Source: Candidatus Latescibacterota bacterium
GTDB taxonomy: Bacteria; Latescibacterota; UBA2968
Length of the DNA stretch: 64,000 nt
Assembly (NCBI GenBank): GCA_965205975.1
Contig: OZ242195.1
Span: 1,440,001-1,504,000 of the forward strand
Reading direction: 5' to 3'
Shown: positions 44,680 to 57,212 of the stretch, in pieces
Layout of the letters: each line of letters begins with the position of its first letter
How positions within the stretch are numbered: the stretch's first letter is position 1
Translations under genes and position numbers: made by a program
The notes under the pieces: generated by a model
The model's input: only the letters and a program-made list of their open reading frames with translations
The model's database searches: none
What the model was told of the DNA's origin: nothing

Positions 44680-47118
44680 TTACACCACAATATTGACCAG
44701 CCGATTGGGAATGACGATTATTTTTTTGGGATTATTATCTTGCACATGCGCCTTCACATTCGGCTGTTCCAAAGCCAGATTTTCAATCTCTTCCTGCCCA
44801 ACATCGACCTCAACTTCCATTCGCGCACGGACTTTGCCATTGACCTGAACCGGCATCTCAATCGTTGCTGGCCGAGCGAGATCTTCGTCCCATTCGGGCC
44901 AATTCTGTTGATGAACGCTGTACTCTCCCCCAATTCGAGACCAAAGCTCTTCAGAAAGATGCGGAGTTACAGGCGCTAAGAGTAAGACAAGCGTCTCAAT
45001 GGCTTCTTTCCACGCATCCGTATGCACTACAGGCGTATTTTGGGCCGCCAACAAACCATTGCTAAACGTCATAAGCGCGGCCAATGCTGTATTAAATCCG
45101 AAGGTCTCAAAATCTTCAGACACCTTGCGGATGGTCTGATGTGTTAAGCGCCGCAGATCATCCTGGGCTTCTTGCGTAGCATCGCCCTTTGTCGGAACAC
45201 CATTTTCAAGAACTATACGCCACACGCGGTTCAAAAATCTCGGGATACCTTCCAGGCTCGACGAATTCCACGGGCCGCCCTGTTCCCATCGACTCAAAAA
45301 CATCAAATAAGCCCGAATACAATCTATACCATACTGCCCTATCAAATCATCGGGATTGACAACATTGCCCCGCGACTTGCTCATTTTCTCTTGATCTTCA
45401 CCCAGAATAACGCCCTGATTAAACAAACGGGTCATCGGTTCATCATCACTGACGAGATCCACATCGCGCATGGCTTTGGTGAAAAATCGCGTGTAGAGCA
45501 GATGCATAGTCGCGTGTTCTATACCCCCTGTATATTGATCTATGGGCAACCAATATTCACCCTCGTGAGGTTCAAAAGGCCCCGCATCGTAATGTGGGCT
45601 TAAATAGCGGTATTGATACCAGGAAGAACACATAAAGGTATCCATTGTATCCGTCTCCCGTTGCGCCGAAGCACCACATTTTGGGCAGGTCGTGTGCAAA
45701 AAACCCTCGTGATATTTGAGAGGAGATTCACCCGTTGGCAAAAACTCCGCATCATCGGGCAGCATTACGGGGAGAGCACGCTCTGGCACGGGAACCGTTC
45801 CACATGTATCACAGTAAATAATCGGTATGGGACATCCCCAATAACGCTGGCGAGAAATCAGCCAATCGTGCAGGCGATAATTGATTTTTCTCTCGCCAAT
45901 GCCCTGTGATTCCAGATCATCGGCCACTGCATCTTTTCCATCTTGCGAGGGCAAACCATCAAAGCTCCCTGAATTTACCATACGTCCCGCGCCAGTATAT
46001 GGCTGGATGAGTGTTTCACCGTCCCAATCATCCGGGGCAATCACAACGGGAATGGACAACCCATACTTTTTTGCAAAATCAAAATCGCGTTCATCGTGTG
46101 CGGGCACAGCCATAATGGCTCCTGTACCATATTGTAGCAACACATAGTCGGCGATGTAAATGGGTACATCGGCATTGTTCATGGGATTAATCGCATAAGC
46201 ACCAGTGAAAACCCCATCCTGTTCTTTATCTGCAGAAAGACGCTCGATCTCCGACTGACGGCTGGCTTTTGCACAATATGCTTTAACAGCTTCCCGCTGG
46301 TTGGGCGCGGTTATCTCATCAACTAATGGATGCTCGGGTGCTAAAACCGCAAATGACATGCCCAAAATGGTATCTGGACGCGTTGTGAACACGTGAAACG
46401 AAGAATCTGAATTTTTGACGCGCATTTCAAATTCAACACCTTCACTCCGTCCAATCCAATTCTCCTGCATGGCCTTCACACGGTCGGGCCACTCGATTTC
46501 TGAAAAATCGAGTAATTCTTCAGCATATCTGGTAATCCGAAACAACCATTGATCCAGGTCCTTTTTAATCACGGGCGTATCACACCGCTCGCAGTGTCGA
46601 TCCTCGCCCCAAACCTGCTCTCGGGCCAGGGTCGTATTGCACTTTGGACACCAATCAACGGGAGCTTTTTCGCGATAAGCCAGATCATTGGCGTAAAATT
46701 TGAGGAATAACCACTGTGTCCATCTGTAGTATTCAGGCAAACAGGTGATCGCTTCGCGCGTCCAGTCAAACATTGCACCCATTGTTTTCAGTTGTCCGCG
46801 CATGCGTTCCACATTGTCCAGCGTCCATTTTGCCGGATGAATACCCCGTTGGATTGCAGCGTTTTCAGCCGGCAATCCAAAAGCATCAAAACCGATTGGA
46901 AACAATACATTATGCCCCTTCATCCGCATATATCGCGCCCGAACATCAGAAGGAACAATCGCATACCAGTGACCAATGTGGAGATCACCTGAAGTGTAGG
47001 GAAGCATCGTCAAAGCATAGTGCTTGGGGCGGTTGAGATCAATTTGGCTGCGGTACAATCCGGTGTCTTCCCAGCCTTGACGCCATTTTTTTTCAATTTC
47101 AGCAAACTCGTAAGCCAT
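44680..47118 (-). CDS. leuS: Leucine--tRNA ligase
   Basis: 'PYTSGDLHIGH', 'NWIGRSEG', 'GTGAIMAVPAHD', 'KMSKS'; start at ATG 47118 after AGGAG. Confidence 0.97.
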   Translation of the reverse strand: MAYEFAEIEKKWRQGWEDTGLYRSQIDLNRPKHYALTMLPYTSGDLHIGHWYAIVPSDVRARYMRMKGHNVLFPIGFDAFGLPAENAAIQRGIHPAKWTLDNVERMRGQLKTMGAMFDWTREAITCLPEYYRWTQWLFLKFYANDLAYREKAPVDWCPKCNTTLAREQVWGEDRHCERCDTPVIKKDLDQWLFRITRYAEELLDFSEIEWPDRVKAMQENWIGRSEGVEFEMRVKNSDSSFHVFTTRPDTILGMSFAVLAPEHPLVDEITAPNQREAVKAYCAKASRQSEIERLSADKEQDGVFTGAYAINPMNNADVPIYIADYVLLQYGTGAIMAVPAHDERDFDFAKKYGLSIPVVIAPDDWDGETLIQPYTGAGRMVNSGSFDGLPSQDGKDAVADDLESQGIGERKINYRLHDWLISRQRYWGCPIPIIYCDTCGTVPVPERALPVMLPDDAEFLPTGESPLKYHEGFLHTTCPKCGASAQRETDTMDTFMCSSWYQYRYLSPHYDAGPFEPHEGEYWLPIDQYTGGIEHATMHLLYTRFFTKAMRDVDLVSDDEPMTRLFNQGVILGEDQEKMSKSRGNVVNPDDLIGQYGIDCIRAYLMFLSRWEQGGPWNSSSLEGIPRFLNRVWRIVLENGVPTKGDATQEAQDDLRRLTHQTIRKVSEDFETFGFNTALAALMTFSNGLLAAQNTPVVHTDAWKEAIETLVLLLAPVTPHLSEELWSRIGGEYSVHQQNWPEWDEDLARPATIEMPVQVNGKVRARMEVEVDVGQEEIENLALEQPNVKAHVQDNNPKKIIVIPNRLVNIVV

Positions 47119-47131
47119 TGGAATACAACTC

Positions 47132-48427
47132 CTAAGGATATAATCTTTGCAAAAGTCGGGGAAATGGAATCGTCTCGCGGACATGGGACAACCCACATAT
47201 CCACGCGACTGTACGCTCAATACCCAATCCAAAACCGGAATGTGGCACCGATCCATAGTGCCTGAGGTCCAGGTACCACTGGAACGGCGCCTCATCAAGA
47301 CCGTGTTCGGCGAGCTTCCGCCGCAAGACCTCCAGATCGTCCTCGCGCTGTCCCCCACCGACGATTTCGCCGTATCCTTCGGGGGCCAACACATCCATAC
47401 ACAATGCCAGTTGGGAATCTTCCGGATCCCCCTTCATATAAAAAGCTTTGCAAGCTGCCGGATACCGATGCACGATCACGGGACGATCGTGTGCATTGGC
47501 CAACACGGTTTCATCTTCAGCACCAAAATCCTCCCCCCATGTGTGATCGCTACCCGCGTCTTTGAGTAACTCATGTGCATCTGAATAAGATATCCTATGA
47601 AATGGTTTTTGCACCCGTTGTAGGGGCGCAAGGTCGCGTTCTAAGGCCACAAGCTCAGACCGACAGGTTTCTATCACGCGCTGAACAACACAACAGATAA
47701 AGTCTTCAGCCAGATCCATATTACCCGACAAGTCCATATAGGCCACCTCTGGCTCAACCATCCAAAATTCGGTCAAATGACGCCGCGTCTTGGATTTCTC
47801 AGCTCGAAAGGTAGGCCCAAAACAGTACACCTTTCCAAATGCCATAGCTGCTGCTTCCATATATAGTTGACCACTCTGTGTCAAATATGCTGTCTCGTCG
47901 AAATAATCGGTTTCAAAAAGCGTGCTGGTACCTTCGCAGGACGACGGGGTAAATATAGGCGCGTCAACAAGTGTGAAGCCATTGTTGTCGTAATAATCTC
48001 GACAGGCTTTGACAATCTCGGCACGCACGCTTAAAATGGCGTGCTGGCGCGATGAACGCAGCCATAAATGGCGATGATCCATCAAAAATGCCGTGCCGTG
48101 TTCTTTGGGCGTAATCGGATAATCCTCTGCACAATGTACAATTTCGATAGCGCTGACACCAATTTCAAACCCGATAGGTGAACGCGCATCGGCCCGAACC
48201 GCACCCGTCACGCGAAGGGCCGACTCTTGCCCCAGATCTGAAGCCCTTTCAAAAACATCTGGCGATACATCGCCCTGAAAGACCACGCACTGAATCGTAC
48301 CAGATCCATCTCTGACCTGAAGAAAGTGCAATTTTCCACTCGATCGTTTGTTGTACAACCATCCCTCGATCACAACTTCTTTATTTTCCCATGCACTTAC
48401 GTCGTCTATCCTGATGATATCTGGCAT
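47132..48427 (-). CDS. asnS: Asparagine--tRNA ligase
   Basis: '[11 protein letters not shown]', '[16 protein letters not shown]', '[10 protein letters not shown]', '[11 protein letters not shown]'. Confidence 0.93.
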   Translation of the reverse strand: MPDIIRIDDVSAWENKEVVIEGWLYNKRSSGKLHFLQVRDGSGTIQCVVFQGDVSPDVFERASDLGQESALRVTGAVRADARSPIGFEIGVSAIEIVHCAEDYPITPKEHGTAFLMDHRHLWLRSSRQHAILSVRAEIVKACRDYYDNNGFTLVDAPIFTPSSCEGTSTLFETDYFDETAYLTQSGQLYMEAAAMAFGKVYCFGPTFRAEKSKTRRHLTEFWMVEPEVAYMDLSGNMDLAEDFICCVVQRVIETCRSELVALERDLAPLQRVQKPFHRISYSDAHELLKDAGSDHTWGEDFGAEDETVLANAHDRPVIVHRYPAACKAFYMKGDPEDSQLALCMDVLAPEGYGEIVGGGQREDDLEVLRRKLAEHGLDEAPFQWYLDLRHYGSVPHSGFGLGIERTVAWICGLSHVRETIPFPRLLQRLYP

Positions 48428-48520
48428 ATAGCGTTCCTTGAAAGTAAAAAAACGAAAGACGACCGGGTATCACCTGCTTGCCCACCGATCGCCTTGTGTT
48501 TTTTCGTGTATATGCAAATC

Positions 48521-50638
48521 TCACGATCTTCGGGGGGGGCGCTGCCTACCCTGCTGATTCGAATCGCCATTGGGTTTATCGATAAGTACTTTGCGGCTCA
48601 GTCGAATTTTGCCCTGGTCATCAATAGCGATCACTTTGACCTGAACTTTTTCGCCTTCACTGAGCACATCGTTCACTTTACGCACCCGATGATGTTCAAG
48701 CTCGGAAATATGGCAAAGCCCATCCTTGCCGGGCAGAATCTCGACAAACGCGCCAAAATCCGTGATTCGGCGCACTGTGCCATCATAGATTCGTCCAACT
48801 TCTGGCTCTTCGACGAGAGCTTCAACCATGCCCATTGCGGTTTCACCGGCTTGCGCGTCTAAAGAGGTGACCGTAACCAATCCATCATCCTCGACCGAAA
48901 CCGTTGCGCCTGTCTCTTCAATGCTGCGAATGGTCTTCCCGCCCGGGCCAATAACCGCGCCGATCTTTGCAGGATCAATGCGGATGGACAAAATGCGCGG
49001 TGCGTGTTCCGACAAGCTCGTTCTCGGCGCGGAAATAGCTTCTTCCATAAGACCGAGAATGTGGTTTAAAGCATCTCGGGCGCGAGAGAATGCCGTATTG
49101 AGAATTTCAAAACTTATACCACCGATCTTAATATCCATCTGAATCGCAGTCAGACCCGATCGCGTCCCCGCTATTTTGAGGTCCATATCGCCCAAATGGT
49201 CTTCTTCACCTAAAATATCTGTGAGAACTGCCCACTGATCTCCTTCCATGACCAGCCCTACGCCAGCACCGGCAACATGGCTTTTAATGGGCACGCCCGC
49301 ATCCATCAAGGCGAGAGAACCGCCACACACCGTGGCCATTGAAGACGAACTGTTGGATTCTAAAATCTCGGAAACCAGCCTGATCGTATATGGGAAATGC
49401 TCCTCATTGGGTACAACTGGTTCGAGTGCTTTTTCAGCCAAAGCTCCGTGACCAATTTCTCGGCGGCCGGGCGCTGCAATCCGACCCGTTTCACCAACAC
49501 TGTAGTTGGGAAAGTTGTAATCGAGCATAAAGCTCTTGAACGATTTACCTTCAAGATCGTCAACCATTCGGGTGTCCATCTTGCTTCCGAGCGTCGCAAT
49601 GCACAAAGCCTGCGTCTGCCCGCGTGTAAAAATGGCGGATCCATGTGCGCGCGGCAATACACTCAGATCGATATCAATGGGCCGCACCTGGTTGAGACCG
49701 CGTCCATCAATGCGCTGATTTTCCGAGAGGATCATCGCGCGCATATCCTTTTTGATCAGTCGATCAATTTCACCGCCAATTTCACCTTCTTCAAAGTGTT
49801 CTGCGAGTGCTTCTCGCACCTCGGCGCGGATTGCAGACAACGTCTCTGAACGCGCCATCTTATCCGGCATGCGATTGGCTGCGTGAATCTGCTCTGAAGC
49901 GCGTTCGGCCACGGCAGTGGCAAGGGCCTCATTTTCTTCAGGCTCGTCGTAAGACCGCTTCGCTTTCCCGACACGGGCAATCAGATCATCCTGTAATTCA
50001 ATCAGTTGTACAATGCCCTGGTGGGCAACGCGCAGTGCTTCTACGACATCACCGTCGGCTACTTCGTGAAAATCACCTTCAACTGAAATAATGGACTCGC
50101 GATTGCCCGATACCATCAGGTGGACATCGCTTTCTTCGAGTTGGGAAAGTGTGGGGTTGACCACAAATTCTCCATCGACTCGTCCAACACACACGGCTCC
50201 AATGGGGCCGTCAAACGGAATATCAGAAATACACAGTACAGCCGAAGCACCTGCCATTGAGAGCACTGCAGGATCGTTTTCACCATCGAAAGACAACACA
50301 GTGACATAAACCTGCGTTTCAAAATCATAAGCCTCTGGAAATAGTGGCCTGATTTGATGATCAATTAAACGCGCATGCAATTTTTCAGTTGTTGAAGGTG
50401 CGCCTTCTCGTTTAAAAAAGTTGCCGGGAATGCGTCCCCCAGCATACATCTTTTCACGATAATCGACTTGAAGCGGAAAAAAATCAAAATCCGAAGGTTT
50501 ATTATCGGAAACGGCAGCCACCAACACAATGGTTTCACCGTACTGCATCCACACCGCCCCGTGTGACTGTTTGGCCACCCGACCCGTTTCTATGGACAGC
50601 GGACGACCGGCATATTCAAGCTCTACTTTTGCTATCAT
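48521..50638 (-). CDS. pnp: Polyribonucleotide nucleotidyltransferase
   Basis: '[11 protein letters not shown]', 'FTRGQTQ', 'RREIGHG', 'GDMDLK', KH and S1 domains. Confidence 0.97.
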   Translation of the reverse strand: MIAKVELEYAGRPLSIETGRVAKQSHGAVWMQYGETIVLVAAVSDNKPSDFDFFPLQVDYREKMYAGGRIPGNFFKREGAPSTTEKLHARLIDHQIRPLFPEAYDFETQVYVTVLSFDGENDPAVLSMAGASAVLCISDIPFDGPIGAVCVGRVDGEFVVNPTLSQLEESDVHLMVSGNRESIISVEGDFHEVADGDVVEALRVAHQGIVQLIELQDDLIARVGKAKRSYDEPEENEALATAVAERASEQIHAANRMPDKMARSETLSAIRAEVREALAEHFEEGEIGGEIDRLIKKDMRAMILSENQRIDGRGLNQVRPIDIDLSVLPRAHGSAIFTRGQTQALCIATLGSKMDTRMVDDLEGKSFKSFMLDYNFPNYSVGETGRIAAPGRREIGHGALAEKALEPVVPNEEHFPYTIRLVSEILESNSSSSMATVCGGSLALMDAGVPIKSHVAGAGVGLVMEGDQWAVLTDILGEEDHLGDMDLKIAGTRSGLTAIQMDIKIGGISFEILNTAFSRARDALNHILGLMEEAISAPRTSLSEHAPRILSIRIDPAKIGAVIGPGGKTIRSIEETGATVSVEDDGLVTVTSLDAQAGETAMGMVEALVEEPEVGRIYDGTVRRITDFGAFVEILPGKDGLCHISELEHHRVRKVNDVLSEGEKVQVKVIAIDDQGKIRLSRKVLIDKPNGDSNQQGRQRPPRRS

Positions 50639-50726
50639 TCTATCTCCTCTATTTACAAAACACATCTATTCCAGCGCCCTGACAAAAAGGCCAGAGATAC
50701 GACCAACTGCTGGAAAAATTAAAAAC

Positions 50727-50996
50727 TCAACCGCGAATATCCAGTGCCGCAATCAAGCTACGATAACCTTCTAAATCCACGCGCCGTAAATATCGCAACA
50801 GACGGCGACGACGCCCAACCAGTTTGAGCAGTCCCCGACGCGAGTGATGATCCTTCTTGTGGGTTTGAAAATGTTCGACCAGTTGTACAATACGCTCTGT
50901 AAGTTGCGCAATCTGGACTTGTGGCGATCCTGTATCGCCTTCTTTGCGCCCGTATTGTGTGATCAACTCGGCCTTCTTTTCTTTTGTTAACGCCAA
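50727..50996 (-). CDS. rpsO: 30S ribosomal protein S15
   Basis: '[10 protein letters not shown]', '[22 protein letters not shown]'. Confidence 0.97.
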   Translation of the reverse strand: MALTKEKKAELITQYGRKEGDTGSPQVQIAQLTERIVQLVEHFQTHKKDHHSRRGLLKLVGRRRRLLRYLRRVDLEGYRSLIAALDIRG

Positions 50997-51940
50997 AATT
51001 TACCTCCATCTGTATGATGCCGCGAAAGCATATCTTCCGCGGTCTGTATATCTGCTTGAATCTGTTCGACTAACGCTTCTTTGCTGCCAAATTCACGCTC
51101 GCCGCGAATGCGGTGCCAAATCTCAAGGGGTAAAACTTTTCCATAGAGATTTTGTGAAAAATTGAGCAAATGTACTTCACAACGCGCTGACTGCCCCCCA
51201 AATGTTGGGCGTTCGCCATAATTGACAACAGCGATGTAGGGCTGATCCAGCCTGGCAATACCAGCATAAACACCCGGTGTTGGCAAGAGTTTTCCCGGCG
51301 TTTCAAACAGGAGATTAGCAGTGGGAAAACCAAGTGCCCTGCCCCGTTTCTCTCCCTCTATTACACGTCCCCACAAGGGATAAGGATGTCCCATAAGCTG
51401 AATAACCGCATCCATGTCTCCGCCTGAAAGTGCGTTGCGAATACGAGTACTGCTCACAGGTTTTTCGGCAATGCACACCGCCGGTGGTGAAAAAACAGAG
51501 AAACCAAACTGTTTCCCCAATTTTTTCATCGTCTCAAACCCACCCTGACGCCCCCTTCCAAAACCGTGATCGTAACCTATGATCACAGACCTGGCACTGA
51601 GTCTATCAATTAGGAAGCATTTGACAAATACTTCGGGAGACATCCGCCGGAGTGCTTCATCAAATTCAACAACAGCCAGAATATCCACCCCCAACGAGGC
51701 GAGACAATGCTTTTTTTCCTCAAGCGATGTCAACACCCCAGGGGCATCTGCACCGTCGATAAACTGGCGAGGATGCGGGTCAAAAGTGACGACGACAGAT
51801 GTGCCCCTACACGTCTGTGCCATATCAATCATAGCCTCAATGACAGAGACATGCCCGATGTGAATGCCGTCAAATGTTCCAACCGTGACCACCGGGTGGG
51901 CAAGCGCGACCGGTTCTTCAAGCGTTATGATGCGCATCAT
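50987..51940 (-). CDS. ribF: Bifunctional riboflavin kinase/FAD synthetase
   Basis: '[10 protein letters not shown]', 'TFDPHP', 'SSTRIR', 'GFPTAN', 'EVHLL'. Confidence 0.96.
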   Translation of the reverse strand: MMRIITLEEPVALAHPVVTVGTFDGIHIGHVSVIEAMIDMAQTCRGTSVVVTFDPHPRQFIDGADAPGVLTSLEEKKHCLASLGVDILAVVEFDEALRRMSPEVFVKCFLIDRLSARSVIIGYDHGFGRGRQGGFETMKKLGKQFGFSVFSPPAVCIAEKPVSSTRIRNALSGGDMDAVIQLMGHPYPLWGRVIEGEKRGRALGFPTANLLFETPGKLLPTPGVYAGIARLDQPYIAVVNYGERPTFGGQSARCEVHLLNFSQNLYGKVLPLEIWHRIRGEREFGSKEALVEQIQADIQTAEDMLSRHHTDGGKFWR

Positions 51941-52812
51941 CAATTCTGGATCACGCGAATAGGCTTCAAGACGCCCTCGACGATATGACCGAGACCGAGC
52001 AAAATACCCCGGGAATTTTGCACTGTTACAATATCCTGAACATCTAATAAAATACCGGTCACGGAATTGCCATTTGAAAAACGCCCCTGCTGCGCCTCTG
52101 TCAAACACACCGATGACAGATTAAAAACAGCGTGGGGATTGAGCAACACATCAGCAATGCATTCTGCGCGCTCGAGTTCATAAACCGAAACACATTGTCC
52201 CGATTCAACACACCCGACCGCAGTTCTGCGAAGCGTTGAGAGATGGGCACCACACCCGAGCCGTTTGCCGATATCGTCAGCAAGTGACCGAATATAAGTA
52301 CCCTTAGAACAATGTACGTTCAGGTGCAAGAGCGGTGGTGCATATGCCACAATATCGAGCTTATGTATGCATACATTACGCGCTGGGCGATCAATTTCAA
52401 TGCCTTTTCGGGCGAGTTCATAAAGCCTGCGCCCTCCCATACGTATGGCCGAATGCATAGGTGGAACTTGTGCAATCGCCCCTCTGAATTCGGCAACGGC
52501 GGCATCGACTTGTGCATAATCGGTTGGAATATCTTCCGATCTGCTGGTAACCACACCATCGGCATCGAGAGAATCGGTTGTGATTCCCAAACGCACAACC
52601 GCGCGATATTGTTTATCGCTGCCCGTAATATAAGAACTCAGGCGCGTATAAGCCCCCAAACAAAGTAGCAAAACGCCTGTTGCCATAGGATCGAGGGTGC
52701 CTGTATGCCCTGCTTTTTTTATGTCAAAGTGCTTGCGCACCCAACTGACGACATCTTGGGAAGTCCAGCCAGCGGGTTTGTCTATGCATAGAAAACCGTT
52801 TATTGGCACCAC
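51940..52812 (-). CDS. truB: tRNA pseudouridine(55) synthase
   Basis: 'DKPAGWTS', 'GHTGTLDPMATG', 'CSKGTYIRSLA'. Confidence 0.97.
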   Translation of the reverse strand: MVPINGFLCIDKPAGWTSQDVVSWVRKHFDIKKAGHTGTLDPMATGVLLLCLGAYTRLSSYITGSDKQYRAVVRLGITTDSLDADGVVTSRSEDIPTDYAQVDAAVAEFRGAIAQVPPMHSAIRMGGRRLYELARKGIEIDRPARNVCIHKLDIVAYAPPLLHLNVHCSKGTYIRSLADDIGKRLGCGAHLSTLRRTAVGCVESGQCVSVYELERAECIADVLLNPHAVFNLSSVCLTEAQQGRFSNGNSVTGILLDVQDIVTVQNSRGILLGLGHIVEGVLKPIRVIQN

Positions 52813-53154
52813 CTATGTGTTGAGACTGTTGAGCAATTGCTCAATTCGCGTGCCCTGCGTGATGGAGTCATCCAGAGCGAAAAACAATTCCGGAACATGT
52901 CGCAAATGAACGCGCTGAGCGAGCGCACGACGAAAAAAAGACATTGCGCCCATCAAGCGTTCGAGCACCTGTATTTGCGCTTCAGCCTCCCCCATCACAC
53001 TGACGTAAACCCTCGCTGTGCGCAGATCGCGAGACATCTCAACAGCTGTAATCGTGACTTCTGACAGACCGGGGTCACGAGTTTCCATGTGCAAAATTTC
53101 ACTCAGGGCAACCTGAATGGCTTTTCCCACACTTTCTGGCCGATAAGATGGCAT
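52813..53154 (-). CDS. rbfA: Ribosome-binding factor A
   Basis: 'RDP..VTITAVEMSRDLRTARVY', 'VPELFF..DDS'. Confidence 0.95.
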   Translation of the reverse strand: MPSYRPESVGKAIQVALSEILHMETRDPGLSEVTITAVEMSRDLRTARVYVSVMGEAEAQIQVLERLMGAMSFFRRALAQRVHLRHVPELFFALDDSITQGTRIEQLLNSLNT

Positions 53155-53155
53155 G

Positions 53156-53437
53156 TCAGAGCAACTCCAGCGAATAGTCCATCAAAATAAGGCGATCTTC
53201 GCGCTCGATTAAATCAACCACCTTTGACAACACCTGATTGGCATACCGCGAGTCGTTGGCAACTATTGCGATACCCAACTGTGCCCTTTGCCAGCGATCA
53301 TTGTCGCCCAGTTCAGAAACAGAGACATTGAATTTGTTGCGTGCGCGCGTCGTGATGCTCTTGAGCACGCTGCGTTTTTGTTTCAGCGAGGCGCATTCGG
53401 GTAAATACAGGTCGATATGACAAAAACCAATGGTCAT
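53156..53437 (-). CDS. DUF503 (YlxP) protein
   Basis: 'SLKQKRSVLKS..RNKFNVSVSE..D.WQ'; usual position between infB and rbfA. Confidence 0.92.
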   Translation of the reverse strand: MTIGFCHIDLYLPECASLKQKRSVLKSITTRARNKFNVSVSELGDNDRWQRAQLGIAIVANDSRYANQVLSKVVDLIEREDRLILMDYSLELL

Positions 53438-55869
53438 TAGATCGTGCGAGTAGTTTCAACGCGTTCGTAAGTCTCAATGACATCGCCGACTTTGACATCG
53501 TTAAAATTTTCGATACCAATGCCGCATTCAAAGCCATTTTGCACCTCGCGAACATCATCTTTAAAACGCCGCAAAGATCCAATACGGCCTTCGTAAATAA
53601 CAACACCATCGCGCAAAACGCGCGCATTAGTCGTGCGGTGGATAAGCCCTTGAGAAACCAGGCAGCCGGCAATTGTACCAACGCGCGGCACCTGGAAAAG
53701 CTCGCGTACCTGCGCTTCTCCCTGCACATTTTCTTCAATTCTGGGTGCCAACAACCCGGAAAGGGCAGCGCGAATATCTTCGACTACTTCGTAAATCACG
53801 CGATACAAACGAATATCAACGCGTTCTCGTGCCGCAACTTCTCTTGCATTTGCATCGGGACGCACATTAAATCCGATAATGATGGCATCTGAGGCGGATG
53901 CGAGCAGGATGTCAGATTCGGAGATCGCACCCACAGCGCGGTGAATCACCGATAGCTGCACTTCTTCGTGCTCAATTTGCAATAGCGCGTCTTGCAAAGC
54001 CTCGACAGACCCATCGACATCGCCTTTGATAATCAGGCGCAATTCTTCCATATTGCCCGTCTCAATTTGGTTGTGAATGTCGGACAATGATACGCGGCGC
54101 ACTCGATGAAATTCTTGTTCGCGCCTGAGTTGCTGCCGTTTTTGGCTGATATCGCGCGCTTCGCGCTCATTTTCAACGACGTGAAATGTATCCCCTGCCT
54201 GAGGCAATCCCGCTAGACCGAGAACCTGAACCGGACGAGAGGGACCAGCCGTTACCACGGATAGACCGCGTTCGTCGAGCATTGCGCGGACGCGTCCACT
54301 GAACATGCCCGTAATAAAAGGATCACCCACTTGTAGCCTGCCCTCTTGCACGAGCACTGTGGCGATATTTCCTCGTCCTCGGTCGAGTTTTGATTCTACA
54401 ATGGTACCTTTGGCGCGTTTATCTGGATCTGCCGTAAGTTCGAGCATTTCTGTTTCAAGAGCCAATAGCTCGAGCAGAGCATCGACATTCTGCCCTGTTT
54501 TAGCGGAAATTTCGCAAACTTGAACACTACCGCCATAATCTTCTACGACGACATTGTGCTCAGTCAGCTCCCGTTTGATTTTATCGGGATCGGCGGTGGG
54601 CAAGTCGATTTTGTTTACTGCAACGACCAGGGGTACATTGGCCGCTTTGGCATGATCAATGGCTTCTACTGTCTGTGGCATCACACTATCATCTGCCGCC
54701 ACTATCAGAACGACGACATCGGTTACACTGGCACCTCTGGCACGCATCGCCGTAAAAGCTTCGTGCCCGGGCGTATCGAGAAAACATATTTCACGACCAT
54801 TACCGAGTTCAACGTGATACGCACCAATATGCTGCGTAATGCCACCGGCTTCACCTTCCATCACATTGGTCTCTCGAATATAATCCAAAAGAGATGTTTT
54901 GCCGTGATCCACATGTCCCATAATTGTCACTACCGGGGGTCTTGGTTTTAGACTCTCATCAGATGTTTCTACCTCCGCATTTTCCAATATCTCTTCGCCG
55001 TATTCTTCAAGTTGCTCAATGCCAAAACCAAATTCATCGGCAACAAGCGTGATGGTATCCATATCAAGACGCTGGTTGATGGTCGCTACCATGCCGAGTT
55101 TGAGACATTGTGTGATGACTTCTGTGGGGCGCACATCCATCTGAGAAGCGAGTTCGCCAATGGTTGTAAACTCATTGACTTTGAGAACTTGTCCGTCTGC
55201 GGTTTCGTCTTCTGGCTCTTCACTGTCTTGACGACGGCGACGGCGCACCCGTGATGGTGCTCCACCACTCGACATTTGCGCCCGTGTGCGACGCACATTT
55301 TCTAATACTTCGCGCTCATCAACGACAGGGCGCTTACGCCTGCGGCGACGTTTTCTTGGAGACCGCGTGCTGCTTTTCTTTACCTGTACGGGCTTTTCTT
55401 CAGACTTGGCTTTGTCCTGAACTACGGGTTTTTCTTCTTTGGTTTTTGGCGCTTTTGTTTCGGGTTCCTGCACCGGTGTCTGACTGACATCTTCTACGAC
55501 AACAGTTGGATAATCTGTTCGGCGTCTTCTGCGCCGCGGGCGTTGCCTTCTCTCGCCGCGGGTCTCAGTCTTTTCATCAGACTGAGCAGAACGAGCCCGG
55601 CTCACGCGAGGCTTTTGCACCTGACTTTCGCGTTCTTTTCTTTCATCATCCTTGCGTCTGAGTTTTCGCCGCGTCGCCTGGCGTTCTGAATCAAATTTCT
55701 CTTGCACTGCCTCGACCATTGCAGTCGTACAGACCGCCATGTGATTTTTGACTTCAAAACCAAGGCTTCTAATCTGCTCAACCATTGCGACGCTCGACAA
55801 ATTGAATTCGCGCGCAATCTCGTAAACTCGTTTTTTCTTAGCTATCGTTTTACCTTTTGTTTTCGCCAA
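53437..55869 (-). CDS. infB: Translation initiation factor IF-2
   Basis: 'GHVDHGKTS', 'GGITQHIGA', 'DTPGHEAF', 'NKID'; TTG start after GGAGGTG. Confidence 0.97.
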   Translation of the reverse strand: MAKTKGKTIAKKKRVYEIAREFNLSSVAMVEQIRSLGFEVKNHMAVCTTAMVEAVQEKFDSERQATRRKLRRKDDERKERESQVQKPRVSRARSAQSDEKTETRGERRQRPRRRRRRTDYPTVVVEDVSQTPVQEPETKAPKTKEEKPVVQDKAKSEEKPVQVKKSSTRSPRKRRRRRKRPVVDEREVLENVRRTRAQMSSGGAPSRVRRRRRQDSEEPEDETADGQVLKVNEFTTIGELASQMDVRPTEVITQCLKLGMVATINQRLDMDTITLVADEFGFGIEQLEEYGEEILENAEVETSDESLKPRPPVVTIMGHVDHGKTSLLDYIRETNVMEGEAGGITQHIGAYHVELGNGREICFLDTPGHEAFTAMRARGASVTDVVVLIVAADDSVMPQTVEAIDHAKAANVPLVVAVNKIDLPTADPDKIKRELTEHNVVVEDYGGSVQVCEISAKTGQNVDALLELLALETEMLELTADPDKRAKGTIVESKLDRGRGNIATVLVQEGRLQVGDPFITGMFSGRVRAMLDERGLSVVTAGPSRPVQVLGLAGLPQAGDTFHVVENEREARDISQKRQQLRREQEFHRVRRVSLSDIHNQIETGNMEELRLIIKGDVDGSVEALQDALLQIEHEEVQLSVIHRAVGAISESDILLASASDAIIIGFNVRPDANAREVAARERVDIRLYRVIYEVVEDIRAALSGLLAPRIEENVQGEAQVRELFQVPRVGTIAGCLVSQGLIHRTTNARVLRDGVVIYEGRIGSLRRFKDDVREVQNGFECGIGIENFNDVKVGDVIETYERVETTRTI

Positions 55870-55884
55870 TAGGCTCACCTCCAA

Positions 55885-57192
55885 TCATTTATCCGTTGCT
55901 TCTGTTTGCAAACGCGCTTGTTCTTCGCGGTAAGCAGATACTTTGTCATCAACAATTCCCTGCGCGGTCTCTTGCAACTTCTCAGCCGTCGTTTCACCTA
56001 TACCAGGCACCTTGAGCAACGTATTTAAGGATACACGGACGAGGTCGTTGGCAGACAAAATACCCGCGGCCTCAAGACGATTTCGCGTCACTTGACCCGT
56101 GCCGGGAACTTCGACCAATGGCACTGTCGTGGCCTGGCGTTCGGTTAGTATTTCCTCATAACGTGTTTCCGTCATGATATCGACATGCCAGCCAGTCAAC
56201 TGCGATGCCAAACGGGCGTTCTGTCCCTCTTTGCCAATAGCCAGCGAAAGCTGATCATCATCGACTATGGCCGACATGCGTTTTTCGCGCCGGTCAATCA
56301 CCACGCGACGGACTGTGGCAGGATTCAAAGCACGCGACAAAAAGATCGCTTCGTCGTCACTCCAGGGAACAATATCTATGCGTTCACTGCTCAACTCGCG
56401 CACCACAGCCTGTACACGCGAACCTTTCATACCCACGCAAGCACCTACGGGATCTATACGCGCATCATTGGAGTAAACAGCAATTTTGGCCCGCACACCT
56501 GGTTCGCGCGAAACGGCCTTAATTTCGATAACACCTTCATAAATTTCAGGAACTTCAAGCTGGAAGAGCTTTTCGAGAAATACCGGATGTGTGCGACTCA
56601 ACACCACCTGGGGGCCTTTGGCTGTACGCAAAACATCGAGCAAGTAAGCCCGAATTGGATCTCCCTGTCGATAGCGTTCCTTTCTGATTTGCTCCTTAAG
56701 CGGAATAATCGCTTCTGTTCGCCCCAGATTGATCAGAATATCCCCCCGACTGATTTGCTGCACGGTTCCCGAAACAATCTCTCCGATGCGCCCCTGATAA
56801 TCTTCGTAGATTTTCTCGCGCTCGGCTTCCCTGACCCGTTGGACGAGTACCTGCCTTGTCGTTTGAATCGCATTGCGCCCAAAATCGTCAAAATTGAGGC
56901 GGAATCTCACTTCCCCGCCGACCTTCGCATCTGTGTCTGCTTTTCGCGCTTGTGTCACGCCAATTTGGATTCCCGGATCTTCTACCGAGTCGTCGGCAAC
57001 AATTTCTTTGACCGCTTCAACGACAATCTCTCCGGAGTTATTGTCGAAGTTGACTTCCACATTGTCTCCGGTTCCAAACCGCTTTTTTGCCGCAGAGATT
57101 AATCCCATTTCAAGGGTTTCGATAATCATGTCTCGGTTGACATTTTTTTCCTGGGCAATTTGCCTTAACGCTTCGAGAACTTCGTAATTCAA
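55885..57192 (-). CDS. nusA: Transcription factor NusA with C-terminal HhH repeats
   Basis: 'DPVGACVGMKGSRV', 'LSLAIGKEGQNARLA'; likely TTG start after GAGGAGG (ORF extends to 57213). Confidence 0.97.
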   Translation of the reverse strand: MNYEVLEALRQIAQEKNVNRDMIIETLEMGLISAAKKRFGTGDNVEVNFDNNSGEIVVEAVKEIVADDSVEDPGIQIGVTQARKADTDAKVGGEVRFRLNFDDFGRNAIQTTRQVLVQRVREAEREKIYEDYQGRIGEIVSGTVQQISRGDILINLGRTEAIIPLKEQIRKERYRQGDPIRAYLLDVLRTAKGPQVVLSRTHPVFLEKLFQLEVPEIYEGVIEIKAVSREPGVRAKIAVYSNDARIDPVGACVGMKGSRVQAVVRELSSERIDIVPWSDDEAIFLSRALNPATVRRVVIDRREKRMSAIVDDDQLSLAIGKEGQNARLASQLTGWHVDIMTETRYEEILTERQATTVPLVEVPGTGQVTRNRLEAAGILSANDLVRVSLNTLLKVPGIGETTAEKLQETAQGIVDDKVSAYREEQARLQTEATDK

Positions 57193-57212
57193 GTGAGGAT
57201 CCTCCTCAACCA

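Noticed and set aside
47119..47394. N-terminal extension of leuS in the ORF track (similarly ribF to 52108, tonB to 2632, the 62225 ORF to 62713)
   Set aside because: These overlap upstream genes or promoters; downstream starts give normal protein lengths or better RBS context.
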